NCBI RefSeq assembly: GCF_018977255.1
Contig: NW_024704758.1
Location: forward strand, 5,580,001 to 5,644,000
Source of the DNA: Callorhinchus milii
Lineage: Eukaryota
Reading direction: 5' to 3'
Length of the DNA: 64,000 bases
A program made the translations under genes and the position numbers. Below are positions 25,701 to 36,200 of this stretch, in pieces. How positions within the stretch are numbered: position 1 is the stretch's first letter; every line of letters starts with the position of its first letter. The notes below the pieces were generated by a model. That model was not told where the DNA came from, made no database searches, and was given only the letters and a program-made list of their open reading frames with translations.

Positions 25701-27009
25701 AGGGAAGGTATCTGAAAGCACAGTCGATGAGATAAATATAAAAGGCAAGTTTTGAAGGAGGTGTGGGAGGGAGGGAGGGAGAGGGCTCGGTGGAGGGATT
25801 CTGGCTTGGAATTCCAGAGAGCAGAGTGGCTAAAAGCTCACTCACCAATGGTAGGATGGAGTGCCTGGGAACCATGAAGCTGGTCAGTGTTTGCTGAGCA
25901 GAGGGAGCAGCCAGTGTCATGGGGATGGGGGCGTGGTAAATCACAGTGGTCAGAAGGGTGCTAGAGCCTGGATGTAGTGCGAATTTAATGTACGAATTTG
26001 TCTGAAAATTTAGGATTGCATAGAATGGATAAACTGCAAAAACACATCCATTTCTTAGTAATCTTTGCATGTTAATACATCGCCTTATCACGCCGTCAAG
26101 ACGTCTCAAAGAGTTTCATAGGATTTTATTGTGAATAATATATTTTGTAAGCGAACGTGACAGCCATTATAGCCACTCCGGCTCTCCCCTCTCGTGCCTC
26201 CTTCAAGTCCCGTCTAAAGACCTTCCTCTTCCACCACGCCTCGGCCACCCCCACCACCCCTCCTGATCCCAACTGCCAGCTGGGGTCCAAACCCCATCCC
26301 CCCACCACCACCACCACTCCTGATCCCAACTGCCAACTGGGGTCCAAACCCCATCCCCCCACCACCACCCCTCCTGATCCCAACTGCCAACTGGGGTCCA
26401 AACCCCACCCCTCCACCACCACCCCTCCTGATCCCAACTGCCAACTGGGGTCCAAACCCCAACCCCACCACCACCACCCCTCCTGATCCCAACTGCCAGC
26501 TGGGGTCCAAACCCCAACCCCCCACCACCACCACCCCTCCTGATCCCAACTGCCAACTGGGGTCCAAACCCCAACCCCACCACCACCACCCCTCCTGATC
26601 CCAACTGCCAACTGGGGTCCAAACCCACCCCCCACCACCCCTCCTGATCCCAACTGCCAACTGGGGTCCAAACCCCAACCCCTAAATAAACGTGGAGATA
26701 ACAACCGGGTTCAGGGGCAGCGGCGGAGGGGCAAATAAGGAAAACGGCAACACTTTTAGGAGCAATTGGACTGAGCAGAAGCCCCGCTGCTCGGGGGTGG
26801 GGGGGTGAGGGTGGGGGTGGGGGGGTGAGGGTGGGGGTGGTGGGGGGGGAACCCGCAGAAAGGGGTTCAAGTTCCGTAGCGATGGTTTTACGCGCAGAGA
26901 GGACTTCACCGCCGCACCGAGAGCGCCTCTCCACTCGCACTGTACCTGACAGCGGCGGCCAAGTCACCACCAGCAGCACCAGCAGCAGATTAGGGCTCAT
27001 TCCCCCCAT
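16448..27009 (-). CDS. Gene D: SP-V-C1-TM followed by six C1-type Ig domains; as assembled it has a 1-nt frameshift in post-TM domain 4
   Basis: Exons: 26946-27009, 24949-25308, 23904-24224, 23062-23175, 22388-22789, 21549-21926, 20807-21118, 20144-20466 (323 nt, frameshifted), 17897-18208, 16448-16761. About 966 aa if the frameshift is corrected; about 710 aa as read. Confidence 0.75.
16800..17255 (-). mobile_element. Older SacSINE1-like DeuSINE (diverged)
   Basis: Minus-strand head tggtagcactctcttgcctctgagtcagaaggttttgggttcaagtcccac plus full Deu domain. Similar copies at about 228-296, 3253-3400, 13895-14110, 21150-21420, 49845-50300 and 61850-62100. Family name is from recall. Confidence 0.7.
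17897..18208 (-). CDS. Gene D post-TM domain 5
   Basis: GIPKISDIEF...IRCCVTNFSPKEIVTTWLQG...; F-strand reads VSFLVKH; donor gtaggt; 312 nt. Confidence 0.85.
20144..20466 (-). CDS. Gene D post-TM domain 4 (frameshifted near 20424; both Cys absent)
   Basis: VASPIIEYLKSEPP, then a -1 shift to PEPGKEATIQIRVHKYFPKDVVFLWFKN...; donor gtaccc. Confidence 0.75.
20807..21118 (-). CDS. Gene D post-TM domain 3
   Basis: ATCRVHSFFPRNIIIVWRKD...LYCEM; donor gtgagt; 312 nt. Confidence 0.85.
21549..21926 (-). CDS. Gene D post-TM domain 2
   Basis: VPPMLTDIVMPPRVIHQEVLALTCPINGFKPRPLAISWYK...YICKITHP; 378 nt. Confidence 0.88.
22388..22789 (-). CDS. Gene D post-TM domain 1
   Basis: VPPKVTNITKPAHFLHHQEAFLDCEISGYRPDGINIEW...; F-strand reads LTLHVRH; donor gtaagt; 402 nt. 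Confidence 0.86.
23062..23175 (-). CDS. Gene D transmembrane exon (not in the ORF track)
   Basis: ttcccctcag|AG AAA GAT...: EKDIVIPVGRIVTSVFITVLLCALILGGAFYAYLRIKK G|gtaaaa; 114 nt, the same length as the gene C TM exon. Confidence 0.86.
23904..24224 (-). CDS. Gene D extracellular C1 exon
   Basis: IMCNINRYYPLKIDVKW...DGTFNLSSRL...YTCLVNHRTL; 321 nt. Confidence 0.9.
24949..25308 (-). CDS. Gene D V-set exon
   Basis: LLKCQV...VSVEWYF...GIASLFLLSVGFQDEGQYECVVF; donor gtaagt; 360 nt. Confidence 0.9.
26245..26685. repeat. VNTR, 8 units of about 55 bp (cccctcctgatcccaactgccaactggggtccaaacccc...) in gene D intron 1
   Basis: Eight copies counted. Confidence 0.9.
26946..27009 (-). CDS. Gene D signal-peptide exon
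   Basis: MGGMSPNLLLVLLVVTWPPLS G|gtacag; same donor sequence as the gene E leader; 64 nt. Confidence 0.78.
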
Positions 27010-27098
27010 TGACTGTCTGGGGATCTGGGCTGTGGTTGTGGAGATGTGCTTCTCCCCCTCTCCTCCTCCTCCTCTCTCTCTCTCTCTCTCTCAGTTCC

Positions 27099-27110
27099 TT
27101 TCACTTTCAC
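27099..27110. promoter_or_regulatory. IRF-E/ISRE core upstream of gene D
   Basis: TTTCACTTTCAC (GTGAAAGTGAAA on minus); 90 bp upstream of the ATG. Confidence 0.6.
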
Positions 27111-27261
27111 ATTGACTGCGCCTTTGCCCTTGAACCCAACCCCACCCCCCACTGCACTACACTACACAGGACTCCCTGTACTGCGAAGCGCTTCAGTTCA
27201 GAGGGACTCACTCAGTGGTGAATGCAGACACTTTTGTTGGGGAATAGAAAAAGGGGAGTTG

Positions 27262-27582
27262 GGAGTCCTGTAGCTCAGCGGTTAGAGCACTCGCTTTGCA
27301 AGTGAGACGCCTGGGCTCAATTCCGGGCAGGTCAGGGCGAAACCTTGGGCGGGTTTCCTTGCTCCGCGCGCCTGATAATAATCCCTCCAAAAAAAAAACA
27401 ATAATAAATTGGTCATTTTCAAACCACGACTGTTTGTGGGGACGCTGCTGTGCGCAATTGGCTGCCGGGTTCGCCCACAAGTATACAGTCAATTCACTTG
27501 ACGGTATATTCTGTGAAGCGCTTTGGGACGTCTAGAAGACGTGAAAAACGCTATATCAAATGCAAGGATTATTATTATTATT
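27262..27582 (+). mobile_element. Young SINE, full length
   Basis: Same consensus. Confidence 0.88.
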
Positions 27583-28279
27583 AAAGGACTGGATGAAAAG
27601 TGAGCTGCACACCGACTCGATAAGCAAAGTTACCTTCGTGTGAAAGTTACCTCCTTTTCAACCGCGTCTTCAGTCACTCTCCTCCCTGCCCTCCCTGCCC
27701 TCCACCCCTCCTGATTCCAACCCCCAGCCCGGTTCCAAATCCCTGACTGTCCAGGGCCTCGGAAACATCTGATGTGGAAAGGCGCTATACAAATGCAATT
27801 TGTTGGTGGTTGTACATAGGCAAAGGCGCAGTCAATGTTTAACAAGGCAACAGGACAAGAAATTACAGGTTCAACATTGTAAAAGGAAATTCTTTCTAAG
27901 GGTGAGACTTTAAACCCAGTTCCCATCTGCCTGTTTCCCATCTGTTAAAGATCCTGTGAACTGGTGTCCTGGCTAACAATCCTCCGGAGTTTCCCTCGGA
28001 GACTGGAGAAGTTCCGATCTGTAAAAGAAGAGAATCACACCGGCTTCCATCCTACCTCAGCATGTTGTCTGCGTTCCATCCCACATTGCATATGAGGCAG
28101 AATGCAAGCATCCTTTCAGCCACTGTCATAACTGATTTGAAGTTACTGATGAGCTGAAGCCAACATCCGATGTCAATGACAATAGCTCTCCCAATATTCC
28201 ATGTCATAATGTGGCCAGAAAACAGAGTAACTAAGTCTGCAGATGAGGTGGGTGGTGGGGTGAGGAGAAATAAAATAAT

Positions 28280-28725
28280 CCATGCATTTGCTTTGATATA
28301 GCACCTTGCAAGTCTGGAGCACATCCCAATAATACTTAATAATCCTTACATTTGGTATAACCTGTTTATTTTGTAGGCAACATTCAGCAGTCAGTTTGCA
28401 CACAGCAGTATCCCACAAACTGCCATGGAGCGAGTGACCAATTTTATTTGGGGGATTGTTGGCCAGGACACTGAGAGACGTTTTTCTCTTTTTGAATAGT
28501 GCCATAGGATCTTTAACATCCATCTGAACAGGCAGAAGGGACCTAGGTTTAATGTATTATCAAAAGACAACACCTTCGACAAGTAACCCCCACCCCATCC
28601 CCACTCACCCAGCACTGCATTGGAGTGTCATCTTTGACTGTGATTCCATGTCCAACATGGGGCTTGAACCCACAGCCTTCCAACTCATACGCAACAATGC
28701 TACCACTGAGCTAGGCTGACACACA
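28280..28725 (-). mobile_element. Older SacSINE1-like DeuSINE
   Basis: Deu domain plus tRNA-like head. Confidence 0.7.
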
Positions 28726-29472
28726 ATACATCCCTGTGAAGTGCTTAGGAACATTCTCTGCTCGTGAGAGGTGATATATCAAACGCAAGTATTATTATGG
28801 TTATTATTATACTCTTTCAGACAGAGATCAAGTTCATAGAGATATTTCTGCCAGGAATTTGAACTCGCAGACTAAGTTGACACTCGTTGAAGTGCTGGGG
28901 GAGTTCTGCATCGTCCTTTGGATGTTATGTTAAACCGAGATCACGTCTGTAGCTTTGGAACTCTACCCCCAGTGCCTTCGCCGCCTCCACCCTTTCCTCC
29001 TTCAAGGCCGGTCTCAAGACCTTTCTCTTTGACCGAGCCTTCGGCTCCCCTCTCGACTCTCTACCCCCTCCTCGCTCCCTCCCTTCCCTCCCCTCACCCT
29101 GACCATTTCTCCCCTGCTCAGGTCCTGACCCAACTGTACAGCGCCTTGGGACGCCCTCCCGACGTGAAAGGTGCTCTATAAATGGAATCTTGTTGCTGTT
29201 CAGCTGAACTTTTCAAATCCCTGACACTATGTGAAAAGAAAAGGGAGTTTCCTCCAGTGATCTGAGCAACACTCCTCCAGACCATTCACTTCATGGCTGT
29301 TTGTGGGACATTGCTATACGCAAGTTAGCTGCTGTATTTGCCCATAAAATACACAGTCACTACAGTCTACAGGAAAATCTGGTGAAGCACTTTAAGATGT
29401 TGTATCAAATGCAAGGCTGAAAAGTGGGAATTATGGCTGTTTTATTCTCCTCTGAAAACAGCAAACAGATGT

Positions 29473-29793
29473 AATAATAATAATAATAATCCTTGCATTT
29501 GATATAGCGCTTTTCACGTCGGGAGGACGTCCCAAAGCGCTTCACAGAATATACTGTAAAGTGAATTGACTGTATATTTGTGGGCGAACGCGGCAGCCAA
29601 TTGCGCACAGCAATGTCCCACAAACAGTCGTAGATTGAAAATGACCAATTTATTATTGTTTTGGGTTTTTTGGAGGGATTATTATTAGGCGTGTGGAGTA
29701 AGGAAACTTGCCCAAGGTTTCGCCCTGCCTGGAAATGAACCCAGGTGTCTTGCTTGCAAAGCAAGTGCTCTAACCACTGAGCTACAGGACTCC
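29473..29793 (-). mobile_element. Young SINE, full length
   Basis: Ends ...gagctacaggactcc. Confidence 0.88.
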
Positions 29794-31244
29794 ACAATGT
29801 ATCAACATTTTTGAAGCTTCGAGAAATACAGATGCATACAGATCCCATGGGTGGACCGTGTTGCTTGTACATTAACATATGTGATCAATTATTAATAAAA
29901 CCGCAGCCAAATATTGACTGAATTAATACTTCCTTAAAAAACTGTATATACACCGAGGAAATACAAATGAAACAAATTTCAACAAATGAATTATTGGAAG
30001 TTTGCAAATTTAGTATTTGAAAAGACTCAAGATAAAAAGACCGCCCCCTGCTCAGATGGATGTTAATGATCCTGTGGCACAATTCAAAAGAGAAGGGCGT
30101 TTCTCTCAATGTTCAGGCTGCTGGTTTCAAAGATATGGCCAGTAGTAGAGATTACCACTCAGTGGAAGCCTGAGACAAAAGATATGGCTAGAATTTGTTA
30201 GGCGAAAGAAGACCATGACCCATCCTGGCAGTCGCATGTCATGTTGCAAACTGTGTGTTGTTTTCAGAGATATTATTTCCTAACAGAAATCGATGTCACT
30301 TATTCTTGAAAGAATCAACACTTTCTGCGTCTACTCCTCTTTTCTCTGAAGCTGAATGCTGACAATAGCAGGTGTTGAATAAAAAAAACACAAAGTTGTG
30401 TTGCAGCTGTATTCTCATATCTTTACAATCTGTTCATCTCTTTGGCTTTTTTTCCGATGTTGCTGGAATTGCTGGAACCTGGAACAGTCGCAGAACGAAG
30501 GAAAAGAAAGATGTCTTTTTTCCCACCAGCTCAGACCGAACACCAATTCTGACTGAGCAAAGTGTAGCAATACTTCTTTCATCATTGTCCTTTTTTTAAC
30601 ATCAGGATGATCCGATTTAAGACTTCAAGGCACAGCATAATGACATTTTCTCTAAACATTTTGTCTTAAAGAGTTATACCAACTATAGAGTAATAATATA
30701 CATCATGTTAGAAAATAAAATCTTCTTTTCGAGTTCCAATCAAACACAACCACTTTTTGCAACCAGAGTAGTTAAACTCCAGGATCCGTCCAAGTTCCCG
30801 ATGGGCGTGGGCAAGTAAGCATAATCAATAGATTCACTAACAGAACAATAGTACCACGTAATCCCTCCTCGTGGTCGTCTACATCTGCCTTCTAGCTCTC
30901 AGTCTTCCATCCACGGTAGGTACTGTCCTGGGCACACGATCTTGGTCTGGCACGGTGTCTTAAGCTTGTGTCCATCCAATCATGGTGCTGACATTAGGTC
31001 ACCTGGCCAAAATCATGCTGGGTTCACGTGAACATCTCATGGGGTGTACGTGCCTCACACACACAAACACACCTTCCTTGAGACAGTCCGTTATCTCGTG
31101 TACGTGCAGGACAGTAGTACACATCTTGTCCTTGAGACACTCACGTGATCCTGGGAAACTCATGAGTTTCAGTCCAGCTGCCCACAACACACTTAACTTA
31201 AAAGTTAACCCGTTCGCAACATCTATTATGATTCTAACATTATA

Positions 31245-31542
31245 TAATAATAATAATAATAATCCTTGCATTTGATATAGCGCTTTTCACGTCGGGAGGA
31301 CGTCCCAAAGCGCTTCACAGAACACACTGTAAAGTGAATTGACTGTATATTTGTGGGCGAACGCGGCAGCCAATTGCGCACAGCAATGTCCCACAAACAG
31401 TAATGGATTGAAAATAACCAATTTATTATTGTTTTGTGGTTTTGGAGGGATTATTATTAGGCGTGTGGAGTAAGGAAACTTGCCCAAGGTTTCGCCCTGC
31501 CTGGAATTGAACTCAGGTCTCTCGCTTGCAAAGCGAGTGCTC
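31245..31542 (-). mobile_element. Young SINE, head truncated
   Basis: Consensus stops at gcgagtgctc. Confidence 0.85.
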
Positions 31543-32911
31543 AATTATGCAAAAAGTGTAAATTCTAACAATCACCCTTGGGTAAAAAATCTATAATTCA
31601 GCTCAATTTAATTAGACTTATAATTAATTACTGCAATACCACTGTTAAGCACTCTGAGACACTACCCTGAGTAAAGTGCGCTATATAAACGCAGGTTGTT
31701 GTTGTTGTTACTTTTTTTTTTCGTCAGCCGGGTCAGACAGACAATGCGGAAACCCATCACGATGCTTAAGAGTATCCAAATCATTCTGAGTTTACCATGC
31801 ATCCCACCTACATATGGAAATCCCAGAGATAGATTATTGGAATGGAATGCACACTCTTTCCCTGGAATTGTTATTCCACGCTGTAGCTAACAAACATAAG
31901 CATTCGATACACTGAGCCAGACTCACACAAAAAGCCTGGTTGATACCAGTGCCCCTTTCAACTTCTAATTTTTTAATCACAAAATCACAAGATTGGTTTG
32001 GATGAAGAAGTCTCTTCGGCCCATCCAATTTCATCTTTCCAGAACACCCACCACACTGTCTCCCCATCACATTAAATAAGTACTGCAACCTGGTCTCTAC
32101 CATCTTTCCTGTTCCAGTCGATCATTACCCTTAATCCTCTTGACATGGAAGGCTCTATTCAAATATAATTTGCTGTTGTTGTTGTTAATCGCATCTCCAT
32201 CTGAACTCTAATTCAGAACTATTCTTATATTTTTATTCTTTCTTCAAATCCAAGTGGAAAATTAGTGTTGAACATTTTTCCTCTAATCTACTACTAGAGA
32301 TGATTTTGATTTTCTCACTAAAATCAACTTCCAAACCCTCTGTTGCGTGGAACCTGCACAGTAGTGTTCAAAGCAAATTGAATTCATTTGTGTGAAGAAG
32401 TCTGCCCTCGTTCTTAACTTTTCTTCCTTGCTATAATTATTTCCCCAGCACTTTCCAAATCCCTCTGTAGCTATTGGTGCAGTAAATGAAGGTTTTCATT
32501 TGAAATTTCTTTAATTTCTAATTTCAAATGATCATACATTTCAAGCAGATTGAATGAATCTAAATTGCAAAAATCTGCAAAGAATGTACAGCACGGAAAC
32601 AGGCCCTTTGGTCCAACCAGTCTGTCCCGGTGTTTATACATCATTCCACACCAGTCTTACCCCCAATTTATGCGAAGAGAGAATTACTTCAATTTTCAAA
32701 GTTGCTAAACAAACTCAGTTCCTCAGGGACATCCAAGCCAAACCAAGGCAAATCAACTGCCAGACAGAAAATATAAAAGCTAGATTATATCAATGCATTA
32801 GGCTTTCTTTCCGAAGTCACAATAAGGATTAGGAGTCCAAGCATGATACACAGGCACAATGACATTTCACTTTCGGATTCATAAAATAAGGTGCATGCTT
32901 GCTCCAAGGCT

Positions 32912-33216
32912 TCAACTGAGTTTCAGATGAAAGAATTTGCTAATCGGGTCCATCTCAGTCATCACATCACATTGCAATAGGATTCCATCATCCTCCTTCT
33001 CTGCTGTAAAAGTTAGTGCACACTTGAAACTTCCATCTGGAAGGGCTATCTTTTTAACAACATCTTCCTTTTCATAAGGGTATACACCCTTAAACCAAGT
33101 GATGTGCGTGCTGTCCATGGGGTGCCCTTTAATAGTGCAGGCCACAGTAACAGGCTGACCAGCTTTCGGATTTTCTGTTTCACACCTGATGTCCGAGACA
33201 AAATCCATGTCCTCTG
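32912..33216 (-). CDS. Gene C post-TM domain 7 (terminal)
   Basis: ttttttcccag|CA GAG GAC; VACTIKGHPMDSTHITWFKG...LQCDV...FHLKLS then TGA. Confidence 0.82.
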
Positions 33217-36200
33217 CTGGGAAAAAAGTAAAAACAAGCCTTTGGTAAAGAATTAAATGCAGTCAGTCATATCTATGTTTTAGGTAACTCGTTCTTGAAG
33301 ATGAACACATTGTTCTATTGATACATTGTGCCGTGGAGTCCTTGTCCCTTACAAATCCTAGTTACCATTGCTCTCGTCTATCACGAGTGAACATTTCCCT
33401 GGGGTTTCCCCGGGTTATGTGCATTATGTCAATGGTAGTATTGCTCTTGTGGAAGAGACAATTCCTTAGGAATCTCTCCGACAAATACACTTCTCCTGGT
33501 GCCCAATAGTGGCATGGTTGTTTACAGGATGTTACAGAAATCGAATAGCCAGAAAGTCTTCTGGATGAAGAGAGGAAGCCATGAAAGTGAGAGAGAAGAC
33601 ATGATTGTAACTCAGCATCTTAATTGAACATCTATGAAGCTACCATGAGTCTCCAGCTAGGATGACCTTTCTCTTTTCAGCTTTGGCTTTCAGGGTCGAG
33701 TCCTTGCCTAGACCTCCAATTCTCATTAATGAGCCATAAAAGCTGCTCAGCAATGTTCAATGCCTTGGATTAACTGCAGACCTGCATTGATGTCTCGGTG
33801 TGTCTCCTCAGATCCAGTTAACCTCCAGGGAGACCCTACTTACCATGAGGGCCATTTAGATAATTCAGAGCATGCTAAATCTTGTGTATATTGGGTATTC
33901 TGGAAAGATGAGATCAAATGAGTCAAATGGCCCTCCTCATTTGAACTCACTTGTGAAAGTAATAGGTGCAAGTTGACAGAAATATCAAAAAACAGAAACT
34001 TGGTAAAATTTAAGAGTATTTTACCTTCATCATCGGATTTCATTTCATCAGATACAGGTTCATCCACCTCATCATCATCACCATCTTAAATGGGAAACAA
34101 GAATATTAGACTGGGCATATTATCAGCGGGATCACGCAAGTAGTTTCAATAAGTTAAACAGCAGTAGCTTTCAACATTAAAGTAACTTAAATCATCCAAT
34201 GTAAACTGTGGGGTGGATTCTACATGATTTTGTAGCTAACAAATTAGGAATCACAAGATTCGGACTTGGAAATGCTGAATCAACTCAATCCATTTTCGGA
34301 TGCGGCTCTCTCGAGTCAGCAAACCAAATGTAGGGTTACCAGAAGACGATCCCTTTTAGATTTCTTATGAAATCCCATTAAGTAATGTCGCAAAATTGAC
34401 CCCAGCATTTCCAACATATCAGCACATGAGTTATGAAGCACGCAAAATTACGGACAGTGGCAGCGTTCAGACACTTCACTGTGTTATGGAAAGTCCATGT
34501 CATGAACCCATTTAATGAACTATCAAACCCCTCCACAATCTTTTCCATTGTAAACTTCTCTGTGAGGACAGTAGGGCATGCATAACTAGGGGCAATGCAT
34601 CTGGGCGATGGAGGGGGAAGAGGGGGAAATAAATCTGGCAGAGTTCTCACTCCTGATCCATGGAATTAGTTCAAGATCTTGCTCAGTTGTGCTATACCTT
34701 ACACAAGAGTCATCTGGTAATTCCTGCTAACATTCATGAATGAAGAACTGAGGCATGATGAAGCCATAGCCTGTGGAGCATGTTCCAAAACATGCCTTTG
34801 TGAACTTTTACTTCTAAGGAAAAAATTGAGAAATATTTAGGCTGTTTCTCCTGGAACAAAGAAGGTTGAAAGGAGACCCGATGGTTGTTTTTAAAAATAT
34901 GAATGGTTTTGAAGAAGTGAACAGGAAGAAGCTATTTCCACTAGTTGGTGAGGTGGTAACTAGATAGCGCAGGTTTAAGGCAATTACCAAAGGAGCAAAG
35001 CAAATGGGTTACCCAGAGGGGTGTTAAGATATGGAATTCCCTACTGGAAGCCACGGTTTAGCCACAATCTCCATACGCTTTTAGGGATATGTAAAAGAGT
35101 GTGGGAGAAAAGGTAAGAGAATGGAATTAAGCAGATAGCATGGTCAGAGATCCAGCCAGGTACAATGAGCCACATGACCACCTTCTATGCTGCAAATTTT
35201 TATGGTTCCATGATTTTCGAGAGTTTAGCCAGGTGACTGACACATCTAGAAACACATTACCTCATGTTTCAGTGTATCCAAATCAGACAGAGTTTCACCT
35301 ATGTTTGCCACCTATAATGAAAACCTCCCCTTGTCTAGCAGGGAATTTGCATTCTTTCCTTGGAGACACACATCTTGCGTACCCAATCTGGACAGAATGC
35401 ATTAGGTCCAGATTGGCAAGAGCCAAGGCTTGTGGACCCCACAGTGTGCTTGGGTTACTTCAGTAGTTAAACCAGCTTTTGATAGCTTGCCATTGAAAAC
35501 ACTACCTGGCAAGCTTTCTGCTGCTGTTCAGTTAGAACCACCCTAAGCATGAGGGCTTTGGCTTGCACATTAAACAGGAGCTGAGTAGCAAGAATCCCTA
35601 CCCCACAGTGGGAGAATAGGGATCAAAGGTAGAATTTGGTAGCAATAAAGCATCTGGAGGGTTTTGCAGTGAATCGGGATGGGATAGAGTGACATTTACC
35701 TCTGATACACAAAATGAAATCCTTCTCCTGAATCTCCTTTGTTTCTTCGTGAGTGACCTCACACCTGAACTCGCATTTCTGATCATCTAAAGTGGCCTGA
35801 AAGTCTATCTTCGAAATGGAAGAAAAGAGACCATTTTCAGCCACTTGCGGAAGGCTATTGATCACAGTCCCTGTGTAAGGCTTCCATTTTTTGAACCATT
35901 TCACAGTGATACCACTGGGTACGTAGTTGCTCAGCGAAATGCTCAGTGATACTGCTTGATTGACTTGCGGTGACACGGGATCAACTTTAATTTTGGACAC
36001 TTGCGGAGAAAAGGCTGAGGAAACAGAAAAACGTGCACAAATGTTAGTCAAGAAAGCAGGTAAACACAGTATTTATTGTGATTTTTTATGGCTGTGAATA
36101 TAAGTATACTCCAATTTGTTGAAGTGCCACAAATCTGAGGAAAATAATTCCATGCATCTATAATAAGAGACAAAAATGTTCTGGGCTGCAGAACCATACC

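Noticed and set aside
26126-27009. Long W/G-rich ORFs over the 55-bp VNTR
   Set aside because: Repeat-derived; the true exon ends at the gtacag donor at 26945
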